Positions 13,331-25,404 of a stretch of DNA of 64,000 bases are shown in pieces. Numbering within the stretch: position 1 is the stretch's first letter; each line of letters opens with the position of its first letter. Origin of the DNA: Mobula hypostoma (lineage: Eukaryota); assembly GCF_963921235.1 (NCBI RefSeq), contig NC_086097.1, positions 164,178,001 through 164,242,000 on the forward strand, read 5' to 3'. The notes under the pieces were generated by a model. It ran no database searches and was not told the DNA's origin. It worked only from the letters and a program-made list of their open reading frames with translations. Position numbers and translations under genes: made by a program.

Positions 13331-13751
13331 TTCCAAAATGATTCAAAGCTGAATTACATATCATCTAATGCCCTGCCATCAAATTCAGCCTTTAGTGATA
13401 CCAGTTTTTTAAGTTTAATGACAATACTTCTATATTTGCTCCTCTGTGAAGTACCTTGGAATGTTTTATTTCATTTGGAGCCAGTATATTAAACGTGTGG
13501 CATTATTTTTGTCTGTTCTCACAGTAACAAGAAATTAATTCCAGAATGTCAACCTCTACACCTGCACTTATAAACACAGTACAGGAAGCAAATTGTGTCA
13601 TCCTTCCTAGCCCCAACAGCATAGAGATTGTCACATCCTGATATGTTAATCCTTAAGGATGTAAGTTTCATATAGTAAACCAAGTCAGCCGTGGAGTTTT
13701 ACAACATGCGTTGTTGCTAATACACCAATAGGTTGGAAAACACAATATTAA

Positions 13752-14678
13752 TCTTCACCATTTACACCTCGAACTGCAACTACTGCACAGAGTCTTGTCA
13801 TCTTCAGAAGTTTTCTGATGACTCTGCCATAGATGGATGCATCAGCAAGGGAGATGAGGCTGAGTACAGGGCTACGGTAGGAAACTTTGTCAGATGGTGT
13901 GAGCAGAATTATCTGCAGCTTAATGTGAAAAAGACTAAGGAGCTCGTGGTAGACCTGAGGAGAGCTAAGGTACCGGTGACCCCTGTTTCCATCCAGGGGG
14001 TCAGTGTGGACATGGTGGAGGATTACAAATACCTGGGGATACGAATTGACAATAAACTGGACTGGTCAAAGAACACTGAGGCTGTCTACAAGAAGGGTCA
14101 GAGCCGTCTCTATTTCCTGAGGAGACTGAAGTCCTTTAACATCTGTCGGACGATGCTGAGGATGTTCTACGAGTCTGTGGTGGCCAGTGCTATCATGTTT
14201 GCTGTTGTGTGCTGGGGCAGCAGGTTGAGGGTAGCAGACACCAACAGAATCAACAAACTCATTCGTAAGGCCAGTGATGTTGTGGGGATGGAACTAGACT
14301 CTCTGTGTGGTGATGTCTGAAAAGAGGATGCTTTCCAAGTTGCATGCCATCTTGGACAATGTCTCCCATCCACTACATAATGTACTGGGTGGGCACAGGA
14401 GTACATTCAGCCAGAGACTCATTCCACTGAGATGCAACACAGAGCGTCATAGGAAGTCATTCCTGCCTGTGGCCATCAAACTTTACAACTCCTCCCTTGG
14501 AGGGTCAGACACCCTGAGCCGATAGGCTGGTCCTGGACTTATTTTATAATTTACTGGCATAATTTACATATTACTATTTAACTATTTATGGTTTTATTAC
14601 TATTTAATTATTTATGGTGCAACTGTAACGAAAACCAATTTCCCCTGGGATCAATAAAGTATGACTATGGCTATGACT
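13752..14678 (+). mobile_element. Rex1/Babar-like LINE, 5'-truncated (RT C-terminus and 3' UTR)
   Basis: QKFSDDSAI...LQLNVKKTKELVVD...YKYLG, frameshift near 14305, tail caataaagt-atgact-atggct-atgact. Confidence 0.85.
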
Positions 14679-15164
14679 AATGTATCAATATGTTCTTTCT
14701 TGATTGGAAATGCAATATATTATGTTTCTTATTTCTTGCTTCTCTTTCGTAATTCTCTTCAAAACATTGTCTTCTGCTCCCCCTTCCCCCTCCTTGTGAC
14801 CTTTAATAACGGATCTCCAGTTAGCTCCTTGATTTCATTTCACGTTGTGGCCCATACGGAAACTGGGTCCTCCTGTCCTGTTATTGCTTCTCATTGGAAC
14901 TTGTCTTTCTGCACCTAGTGTTACTTTACAACCCGAGCATGGTGCTGATAGGATTCTGCTTTCTCATTTACTCTCCTTTACCATTTGTTGTCCTTGGACT
15001 GCCCTAACTTTTGTTTATGTGCTTCTTTCATTGGCTAAGATCTCTGCTGGCAAGGCCACATGTCAAGCCCATCCACTATTGCCCTGGGACTGAGCAAATG
15101 AGCAGGATTTTATAATTATTCTGAGAGTTTTGTTGTCATCATTACTGGTACTTTTTATTCTTTT

Positions 15165-17930
15165 GATTTTTTTTTGTAATTTATTTTTTACTGAAGTTCA
15201 TCATCAACCAAACATTTCCATTAGATGTATTTCAGATTCTGTACATATATATCATATAGTTATATTTATCACAAATTTCCACGTAATATTTATCTGAGGT
15301 ATACAGTTATAGAAAGGAGCAGAAAGAAAGAACAATCAAAAGAAGAAAACTATGTACAAAGCAGAGAGTGATCCCTTTTTACAACATATTCATTGACTTG
15401 TGAGAATAAAATCAGGCCTATGAGGTGTTATGCAGTTAAACCATTTTTCCCAGTATGTATCAAATTGTTCCAACTTATAGAACATAGAACATAGAGTAAT
15501 ACAGCACAGTACAGGCCCTTCAGCCCACAATGTTGTGCCGACCCTCAACCCTGCCTCCCATATAAGCCCCACCTTAAATTCCTCCATATACCTGTCTAGT
15601 AGTCTCTTAAACTTCACTAATGTATCTGCCTCCACCACTGACTCAGGCAGTGCATTCCATGCACCAACCACTCTCTGAGTAAAAAACCTTCCTCTAATAT
15701 CCCCCTTGAACTTCCCACCCCTTACCTTAAGGCCATGTCCTCTTATATTGAGGAGTGGTGCCCTGGGGAAGAGGTGCTGGCTATCCACTCTATCTATTCC
15801 TCTTATTAGCTTGTCATATCTCCTCTCATCCTCCTTCTCTCCAAAGAGTAAAGCCCTAGCTCCCTTAATCTCTGATCATAATGCATACTGTCTAAACCAG
15901 GCAGCATCCTGGTAAATCTCCTCTGTACCCTTTCCAATGCTTCCACATCCTTCCTATAGTGAGGTGACCAGAACGGGACACAGTACTCCAAGTGTGGCCT
16001 AACCAGAGTTTTATAGAGTTGCATCACGACTCTTAAACTCTATCCCTTAACTTATGAAAGCTAACACCCCATAAGCTTTCTTAACTACCCTATCCACCTG
16101 TGAGGCAACTTCCAGGGATCTGTGGACATGTACCCCGAGATCCCTCTGCTCCTCCACACTACCAAGTATCCTGCCATTTACTTTGTACTCTGCCTTGGAG
16201 TTTGTCCTTCCAAGATGTACCACCTCACACTTCTCCAGGTTGAACTCCATCTGCCACTTCTCAGCCCACTCCTGCATCCTATCAATGTCTATCTGCAATC
16301 TTTGACAATCCTCTACAGTATCTACAACACCACCAACCTTTGTGTCGTCTGCAAACTTGCCAACCTACCCTTCTACTCCCACATCCAGGTCATTAATAAA
16401 AATCACGAAAAGTAGAGGTCCCAGAACAGATCCTTGTGGGACACCACTAGTCACAATCATCCAATCTGAATGTACTCCCGCCACCACCACCCTCTGCCTT
16501 CTGCAGGCAAGCCAATTCTGAATCCACCTGGCCAAACTTCCCTGGATCCCATGCCTTCTAACTTTCTGAATAAGCCTACCATGTGGAACCTTGTCAAATG
16601 CCTTCCTAAAATCCATACAGATCACATCCACTGCACTACCCTCATCTATATGCCTGGTCACCTCCTCAAAGAACTCTATCAGGCTTGCTAGAAACGATCT
16701 GCCCTTCACAAAGCTATGCTGACTATCCCTGATCAGACCATGATTCTCTAAATGCCTGTAGATCCTATCTCTAAGAATCTTTTCCAACAGCTTTCCCACC
16801 ACAGACGTAAGGCTCACTGGTCTATAACTATCCGGACTATCCCTACTACCTTTTTTGAACAAGGGGACAACGTTCGCCTCCCTCCAATCCTCCGGTACCA
16901 TTCCCATGGACAACGAGGACATAAAGATCCTAGCCAGAGGTTCAGCAATCTCTTCTTTCGCCTCGTGGAGCAGCCTGGGGAATATTCCGTCAGGCCCCGG
17001 GGACTTATCTGCCCTAATGTATTTTAACAACTCCAACACCTCCTCTCCCTTAATATCAACATGCTCCAGAACATCAACCTCACTCATATTGTCCTCACTG
17101 TCATCAAGTTCCCTCTCATTGGTGAATACCGAAGAGAAGTATTCATTGAGGACCTCGCTCACTTCCACAGCCTCCAGGCACATCTTCCCACCTTTATCTC
17201 TAATCGGTCCTACCTTCACTCCTGTCATCCTTTTTTTCTTCACATAATTGAAGAATGATTAACAGATGCTGTTATCTTCTCCATTTTGTTAATTTCCATT
17301 CATACATTCAAAGTTGGGCTCTCCTGTGATAACCATTTCCTGGTAAGGGTCTTTTTACCAGCCATCAGCAGTATATTCAATAAATATTTATCTCTTTTAA
17401 ACCATTCGAGGTATATACCCAAAATATATGGTCTTACTTGTTAAGGGTATTTTACATTTGAAGATGTCTTGTAGGGCATTATGTTTCCCACTCTAATAGT
17501 CTTTGATAATGGGGCATTCCCAGAAAATATGATAATGGTTTGCATTTTGATTTCCACAATTTCTCCAGCAAACAGGGAGGTTACTATCATAATGGGATTT
17601 CTGAGAGGGTGTAATAAAATATCTTATCAAGTTTTTCCACCCGAACTCCCTCCATTTCTGTGAACTGGTACACTTCCATTGATACCTCCATATTATTGTC
17701 CAGTCTTCCACAGATATTATTATCCCTCCTTCCTTCTCCCATTTTGTTTTAATGTATGAAGTCGAATGTGTTTTAAGATTTGACAAACCCTTATACACAA
17801 TTGACATGATTCTACTACCATTGTCTGAATTATATGCTTTTCTAAGTAGCTCTATCAAACATGTGCTTGCCCTGGTTACATTTTTAACCGTCCTATTAAC
17901 ATAGTGTCGCATCTGTAAATACTGAAAAAT
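15165..17930 (-). mobile_element. L1/Tx1-like LINE 3' fragment, split by the CR1 at 15477-17257
   Basis: T-rich tail at about 15165-15190. C-terminal zinc-binding motif CWRNC...HYHIFWEC in ORF 17493-17912. The sequence rejoins across the CR1 (caacttat...gattaac). Confidence 0.75.
15477..17257 (-). mobile_element. Relatively young 5'-truncated CR1-like LINE
   Basis: 292-aa ORF 16365-17243 ([32 protein letters not shown]) plus C-terminal ORF pieces and a tail read as (agaacat)n on +. Confidence 0.92.
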
Positions 17931-18127
17931 GTCTTGTTTTTAAATTCCAGGTTATTTAATTAACTGAATTTAATTTCACAAGATTACATAATGAGATCCC
18001 AACATGGCTTTGGTCAATAGTCCAGTACTCTGGGTACATTTCCAAGAACTTAAACTATATGGAGCTTAATCCTTCATCAAAATGCAGTCTGGTACCAAAC
18101 CTGTCAATCATGTGAAACAGAAACAAA

Positions 18128-19320
18128 GATTAGATTAGATTAGATTCAACTTTATTGTCATTGTGCTGAGTATAGATACAAAGACAATGAAATGCATTTA
18201 GCATCTGACCAGAAGTGCAAGGAATAGTATTATTTACAAAATAACTGTGAATAAAAAGTGCTACAGCACACAAATATAAAAGTACTGAGACAGTACATTA
18301 CGGATGCAATACTGCTTAGCGCTGTGATGAGAGGTTCAGCAGTGTCACAGCCTCAGGGAAGAAGCTCTTCCTGTGCCTGCTGGTGCGGGAGTGGAGGCTC
18401 CTGTAGCGCCTACCGGATGGGAGGAGAGTAAAAAGTCCATGGTTAGGGTGAGATGCATCCTTGATAATGCTTTTCGCCCTGCCCAGGCAGTGTTTATGGT
18501 AGATGCTCTCAATGGTGGGCAATTGGGTGCCGATAATCCGCTGCGCAGTTTTCACCACACGCTGGAGTACTTTGCGGTCTGATACGGGACAATTGCCATC
18601 CCACACTGAGATGCAGTTGGTGAGTATGCTCTCAATGGTACAGCGGTAAAAGTCTGTCCGTATCCTGGGACAGAGGTGAGCTTTCTTGAAGCTCCGCAGG
18701 AAATAAAGGCGCTGTTGCGCCTTTTTGATCAGGATGGAGGAGTTCAGGGACCAGGTGAGATCCTCGGAAATGTGGACACCAAGGAATTTGAAGCTTGATA
18801 CATGCTCCACTACGGTTCCGTTGATGTAGATGGGGATGTGAGTGTGACTCCTGGCATGCCTGAAGTCCACAATGATCTCCTTGGTCTTCTGGGTGTTACG
18901 GGCCGGATTGTTGTCGGCACACCATGCAGCCAGGTGCTGGACCTTGTCCCTGTAGGCCGTCTCGTCATCCCCTCTGATCAGACCAACCACCATGGTGTCA
19001 TCTGCGAACTTGGTTATGGAGTTAGAACCATGTATAGGAACGCAGTCATAGGTGAAAAGGGAGTACAGAAGAGGGCTCAGCACACAGCCTTGAGGCATGC
19101 CGGTGTTCAGGGTGAGAGTGGAGGAGGAGAGGTTGTCTAATTTAACTGATTGGGGTCTGTTAGTCAGAAAGTCCAAGGTCCAATTGCAGAGTGATACGCT
19201 GATACCAAGCTGGCGAAGTCTGGTGATCAGCTTGGAGGAGATCACAGAATATTGGATGCCGAACTAAAGTCAATGAACAGCATTCTGACGTAAGATGGGG
19301 TAGGATGCGAATGAGAGACA
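18128..19320 (-). mobile_element. Rex1/Babar-like LINE, 5'-truncated
   Basis: 309-aa ORF with [20 protein letters not shown] and FKFLG, and a 5-nt tandem tail read as (agatt)n on +. Confidence 0.9.
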
Positions 19321-19933
19321 GGGTGGGCAATAAAGGATAAACTCTGAAACCCAAAGAGATAAAAAGTCAGGAAGATTTCTATATGTGAGAGCTTTCGGCA
19401 GAGCCCATGAACATCCTATCCCTGAGTATTGCTTTGTAATTCAGCTCTAGCATCAGTTATATAAGTGCAGAAATTGATGTTAGTGTAAATTATTCCAGGA
19501 TAGTGTTGTTGGATGCAACCATCGCAAGATTAATGGGACAATGTTTGCTTGCCTACACCTGTCCTTGACATAGAATCTATATATAGTGGTCAGGAGCCCT
19601 GCTCATGTGCTTTTGCACTCAATTCAAATTGTGTTTGAAGTAATGAGTCACATTACGAGCCACACGAGGTGCTGTGTCACAGACTTCCATGTTGTCACTC
19701 CCGAAGGAGGAGCTGCCATGAAGAAAAGCATACTCATTTAAAGGCAACTTAAGTCATCAGTTTTTATCCCATGTTCTGGGTTTTTGGCTGCTGCTGTGAT
19801 GCACCAGCAGATCAAACAAACAAGAGTACAGGCTCAAACAACAGGAATTCTGCAGATGCTGGAAATTCAAGCAACACACATAAAAGTTGCTGGTGAACGC
19901 AGCAGGCCAGGCAGCATCTCTAGGAAGAGGTGC

Positions 19934-19969
19934 AGTCGACGTTTCAGGCCGAGACCCTTCGTCAGGACT
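19934..19969 (-). ncRNA. Minimal type I hammerhead ribozyme, intact core
   Basis: Minus strand reads AGUC-CUGACGA-AGG(gucucgg)CCU-GAAAC-GUC-GACU: stem I, CUGANGA, stem II, GAAA, palindromic stem III, GUC cleavage triplet. Confidence 0.85.
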
Positions 19970-19983
19970 AACTTCCTTCAGTT

Positions 19984-20019
19984 AGTCCCGACGAAGGGTC
20001 TCAGCCTGAAACGTCGACT
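19984..20019 (+). ncRNA. Minimal type I hammerhead ribozyme with core variant CCGACGA
   Basis: agtc-ccgacga-agg(gtctcag)cct-gaaac-gtc-gact. Conserved core U changed to C. Confidence 0.7.
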
Positions 20020-20066
20020 GCACCTCTTCCTGGAGATGCTGCCTGGCCTGCTGCGTTCAAGAGTAC

Positions 20067-20577
20067 AGGCTGATTTATACTTCTGTGTCAACTCGATGCC
20101 GTAGGTACGGCGTAGGCACGAACCCTACGCAGTGACTACACAGATCCCTATGCCGTAGCCTGACACACACTTCTCCCAAAATGTAACTATGCGTCGCGGC
20201 AGTGCAGAACACAACAGCAGTGATTGGTCCGCTTGGTAGCATCGCATTTCCTCCTACGCTGCAATAGCTTCCCATTGGGCGACTGAAGGGCAGGGAAGGA
20301 ACTCCGGCTGCAATGCTTTCCGTAAAGCTTTACGGACTTCCGAAATTATGGAGGACACATTTCACTTTTATGAAAAAAGATGCTCGTTTCTTACTTACCC
20401 CGAGAAAGACTACCAAGACCATGAAGCCTTGCACGGGCAGGTGTGTGCGCATGCGTGACATGCGCGAATTGCAGAGCGATGCAGACACACCAACGCACAA
20501 ATATAAAGGCTCACAATATGCATAGGTCACTTGCGTAGGTTATGGCGTTGAGTTGTTGTAGAAGTATAAATCAGCCT
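20067..20577. mobile_element. Non-autonomous DNA transposon (MITE), probably PIF/Harbinger
   Basis: Perfect 18-bp TIRs aggctgatttatacttct (20067-20084) and agaagtataaatcagcct (20560-20577), extendable imperfectly. CpG-rich interior, no credible coding capacity. Confidence 0.8.
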
Positions 20578-22404
20578 CACCATTGCTCTAGCTTGTTTTA
20601 TGGTTCACTTCACACCTTTTATAATGCTTACCTTGTAACATAGCACTGTGCTTCAGTTAATTACCAAGACGTTAGCAGGGGAAAGGAAAGTGTGGTTTCT
20701 ACAGTGTTTCACAGAGAAGTGGATTCTTCCAAGACTGAATATCTTACTCGATCAGTAGGAATAAGTGGCAGGTTGCAAACGATCAGCTCTCTGCTATACA
20801 GCATATGTTTTATATGGGACATGGCTACTGATAATGTTAATGGTACTTAAGGAAGCTTAGGTTCACAAGGAAGGCTGTAATTATCACAGCACAAAAAGAT
20901 GCTGTAAACTCACCAAACTACTCAATTTTATCACATTGGACTCCATGACAATTAGCTCTAAGGATGTTTCTAGTGCCAGCTAATATGTTGCCCATCTAAT
21001 ATACAGCAGAGTACAACTCCATTCTTCAGCAGGGTCAGGTAATTCAATATTTTCACTACTTAATGACTTGTGATACAGCAAAAGAGCACCTCAATTCTGT
21101 AGCAGCAATGACCATCAATGTCATCAGGAAACATTTATTAGGTCCCATAGTACCGACTAAGCATTTTTAACTCCGTAGACATTTATTTCAAGCATTACTG
21201 TAGAGTCATGCAGTGCAATTGCCTAGTTTCCTGAACCTTTAAGAATGTGATTTGTCTGAAGAAGGATAGGGAGCTGTAAATGCAATCAGAAAGATGAATG
21301 GGATAGTAGAACACCAAGGCGGATTGCACACGCCAACATGGGCAGCAGAGGTGAAATGAAGCTCATTCTACAACTAAACTTATCATCAAGCATACTGGTA
21401 TTACATTAAAACAGCCTTCAAATGTCTAGACTAGTCAGCCTTGGAACACCCTGTCTTACAGAATGCAACTTAAAATTCTCACCTATGTTTTCAGGTCCTT
21501 TCCTGGTTCACATTGTCCTGTCTCTATCATCTCCAGACCTCTAAAATACTTCCTTTTCTCAAATTCTGGCATCTAACATCCAATGCTGGAGTGAATTGCT
21601 TGATAGACTGGGGCTCTGGAAATGCCAAGCAATGCCCCTCTGATTCTGTCTATCCCTTTAAGACACTAAGGTTTGGGTATCTGCCCTAAGATCTCTTGAT
21701 CTACTGTAGCTCCTTGTTTCATTAGATTACCCTTATGGGAAACACCTTTAGGTGGTTTTGCTTTATAAATGTTAGTTTTAATTTCAAATTTAATATAACT
21801 ATAAACACCTACATTTATAAAGTATAGGGCTGGCAAGATGTAAGTTTAAATATATGGAACTCACCACTTTCATTAAGGTTGGCTCATGTTGCAGACCTAT
21901 CATGTGATTGTAATTATTTAATTGCATGCCAGAGTTTAGGACACAATTGTTCACACTCTTTGTGAAGTTCAATTTGTCAATTGAACTGCATCATGTCAAG
22001 TGTCATGAGCTGGGTTGGTGGTTAGATGTGCTGTGGATTAGGGAGGGGTTAAGAATATCCTGGGCTCCTGCTTCTGATTGCTATTCAATCCTCCCTCCAA
22101 GCAAAGACACAGTTGTGAATGTCACAGTTCAGGCTTGATTCTTTTGGTTAAGTAGCCAGCTGCTGTTCATAAACATGGACAATGCCTACTTGGGAGCTGT
22201 TGATACTTGTGGGACTGCAAGCCATGAAGAGTCAGTAAAGAAGAAGGGAGAAAATTAGAGGGGTGCCAAAAGAATGTAAATGTTAAGTTCTTTTACGGTT
22301 ATCACAGATGACAGTAAGGATGGTGATAAAATTGGAGAATAAGTTAGGACTGCTCAACATTCTTGCCTAGAAATTCATGCCTAGCCATCAGCCATCGAAC
22401 GTGC

Positions 22405-22600
22405 AGCTCCTCCCGTGGAGGGTCAGACACCCTGAGCCAATAGACTGGTCCTGGACTTATTTTCCATCTGGCATAGTTTGCATTTTGTTGTTTGATTGTT
22501 GGGGGTTTTTGTATTGCTATATTTACGCTCTATTCTTGGTTGGTGCGGCTGTAACAAAACCAAATTTCCCTCGGGATTAATAAAGTATATCTATCTATCT
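22405..22600 (+). mobile_element. Rex1/Babar-like 3' tail fragment
   Basis: Homologous to 14487-14660 (ggagggtcagacacc...aatttccctcgggattaataaagta), ending in (tatc)n. Confidence 0.75.
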
Positions 22601-22917
22601 AGTATTAAACATGCCATGTAGCAACTTTGACAGGCTGGATATGCCTCCTACCACGTTTGGAATATATGCAGAATAGTATGCAGTGGCATTGGTATTTGGC
22701 ATATTTTGTACCAGCAACCAGGAATATCTAGGAAAAGATATTTAATATATTCTCAGAGCTTCCTGAAATGAGTTCCAAACAAAGTAACAACTGCTGTTGT
22801 ATTGACAACAACATATTTGTGATAAATTGTAAGATAATTGAAGATAACAAATTCAAAGTGACAACATTAGACCTTCAATCATTTTTGTGTAGAAGAGATT
22901 CAACATGGACATGTGTT

Positions 22918-23147
22918 AACATAGAACATAGAATACTACAGCACAGTACAGGCCCTTCAGCCCACAATGTTGTGCTGACCCTCAAACCCTGCCTCCCATA
23001 TAAGCCCCCAACTTAAATTCCTCTATATACCTGTCCAGTAGTCTTTTAAACTTCGCTAGTGTATCTGCCTCCACCACTGACTCAGGCAGTGCATTCCACA
23101 CACCAACCACTCTCTGAGTAAAAAACCTTCCTCTAATATCCCCCTTA
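22918..23147 (-). mobile_element. CR1-like 3' end fragment
   Basis: Near-identical to 15481-15707, i.e. the same subfamily. Confidence 0.85.
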
Positions 23148-23894
23148 AGCAGGCTATTAGTTATTATTTTCTGTTGGATACAAATTAACCATTGGGTTCA
23201 TTAATCAATATTTAACTCAAGGAAATCCAGTATCTCTGTGTTTAATACTTTAATGCCAATGTTAATTTGATGAAGTGTTTTTCTCCATCAGAGTAACATC
23301 TGCTTACTAAGTTTGGCCTTTAAACACATGTTTTAAATGGACACAGAAAATGGCCATGAGCCATTTACATTCAATATTCAGTTAACATTCATCTTATTAG
23401 ACTCCATGCACTTTCCCCTAGATCTTCACTTCAAAATAGTTAAATTCTTAAAAAGTGCAACTGATTCAACATCTTAAAGTGAATTTCACAATCACCAGCA
23501 TATTCAACTCAGTGTTTGTGCTTGATTAGCTTAGTGCATTGCATTCATTCCATAAACCACTGCTTCCCACATAAACTACAGATGGAAGGTAGACTCCTGC
23601 TTGGTTTATTAACACAAAGGTGAAAGATTCTGCGTTGACAACTTCCAGGCCTTTCAATTAATCTATGAAATCAGTCTTAGGTAACCATTATTACAGATAT
23701 TTTAGGAATTTGTATACAAATCCAATCATGTAAAGTTCACTACTTTGTCACTAGTTTTTAATTCATTGATAGTGTTCTAATAAATATTTAAGATATAAAT
23801 GCTATGCAGAAAATTAAGATGTAAACTAACTTTAGTTTTTTCTCTGGTTTGGTACCACCTTGTGTCTTGGTTCTACTTAATGCCTGGTCAGCAG

Positions 23895-23921
23895 ATCCTT
23901 TCGTGCCAACAGCAATATTAG
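23895..23921 (+). CDS. PTPRM: PTPRM 27-nt microexon (D)PFVPTAIL (phase 1 to 1)
   Basis: cagcag|at cct ttc gtg cca aca gca ata tta g|gtgagg. Peptide matches the recalled DPFVPTAIL insert of long PTPRM isoforms. Confidence 0.92.
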   Translation: MLSCQQQY

Positions 23922-23979
23922 GTGAGGACCTTTCTTACTTTTTCCCAGTTTTACTGCAAGTCAAGCAGATGAAATAAAT

Positions 23980-24133
23980 CAAAAACATAAAATGCTGGAA
24001 ATATTCAGCAAGTCAGGCAAAATCTGCTGGAGAAAGATAACATTTCAGACTAATGATCTTTTATCTGAACTATTCCCAGTATTTTCTGTTTTGATTTCGG
24101 ACTTTTAGCATCCGGAGTTTAAATGCATTTGTA
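23980..24133. mobile_element. Old fold-back Penelope-like terminal fragment
   Basis: PLE-terminus-like aatgctggaaatattcagcaagtcaggca followed by its inverse ccagtattttctgttttgatttc...tagcatc. 13-bp direct repeat agatgaaataaat at 23967-23979 and 24134-24146. Confidence 0.6.
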
Positions 24134-25392
24134 AGATGAAATAAATTGATTCAGTGACTTGAGACTCATTTGGAACATGGCATAAGACAAATTAAGTTCA
24201 TTCACTACTTAGGCGATATGTTCATTATCAACCAAATAACCCAGGAAATTTCCAGGTTTATACTGGTTCTGTGCTGAGTTAGCCGGTCTTGGAGAAGGTA
24301 AAAGAAAAGGGTGTGACAAATGGGTCCAGGAGGAGAAAAATCAGCCAGGGTTCCTGCTCCTGACCATTGCCTTCTGTCCAAACCCTTGCTTATCTGACCC
24401 ATCCACTTACCTGCTGAAATAATGCACATGTGGGCACCTGCATTTAAGGCTTTCTAAAGGGTATTAATATGCAGATGATGAGCAAATGTTGGGGAAAGAG
24501 CTGGAGAATGGGACTGATGGGATTGCTCAACCAGGAGCCTGTATGGACTCGATGGGCTGATTAGTCTTTTTCTCTGGCTTAACCATGCTATGATTCCACC
24601 CATGTCCTGTGAGGATACGCTCAGTTCAGCTGTGATGCTCGCCAACACTCACACATGAAGAATGACAGCTTGTTTAGCTACCCAAAATTTGTTGGCACCC
24701 ATGAGATCATACTCCAAAAGGAATCCATGCCTCCAGACAAAAGGGGGAATGTAGGGGTAGAAAAATCTGAGACACTGATGCACACAATTGTTATTTACAA
24801 TCAATCTACCTTGAACTGATAGTATATATTACATTTAAAATAAGCAACATCCTCTTAAAAACAGAGATCTTATTTCGCTTACTTTAAATGGCTGCTTTTT
24901 TTCTCAGTTTATTTGATCAAAGGTGAAAGTCTTGAAACTGAGCATGGTTGATTTAAAAGAACCAAGCATGACTTGCTATTGGAATTGTGATGCAATGTCC
25001 CCTGTGCCATTATTCCCACACAGTTGCTATTGATTTGTTCTGAGATCCAAATCATATCAGATTAAAAGATATTCCTGCCAGCTGACTATTTGGACACTTT
25101 TCCATCCTTCAATCAAGTTGTCTTATCTGGGCATAACTATTGTAGTGTACAACACCACAGTGACATCTTCAATTTAAAGATCAGCAAAATGAATAGTCAA
25201 GCCAACTGTAATATAACCTTTATGTGATCAGTTTTTCAAGCTAGTTAAGAACTGTACATTTCTTAAAAAACAATATAGTACAAAATTATATATATTTTAC
25301 AATGTTCACAGTATTGATGCTTATGCCCTGTTTCCTTTTCTCCATTTTTTTCTCCTCCACATTAACCTGTTACATACATATTTTTTAAAAAG

Positions 25393-25404
25393 TTCCAATA
25401 AATG
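25393..25404 (+). CDS. PTPRM: PTPRM 12-nt microexon (V)PIN (phase 1 to 1)
   Basis: aaag|tt cca ata aat g|gtaagt, with a consensus donor and an upstream pyrimidine tract. Gives DPFVPTAIL-VPIN-DE, as recalled for the long PTPRM isoform. Confidence 0.88.

Larger units (their letters stand above)
19835..20057. mobile_element. Fold-back Penelope-like element 3'-end insertion
   Basis: Near-identical to the PLE terminus at 34063-34205. 80-bp inverted arms 19894-19973 and 19980-20059. 14-bp TSD caagagtacaggct at 19821-19834 and 20058-20071. Confidence 0.9.
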
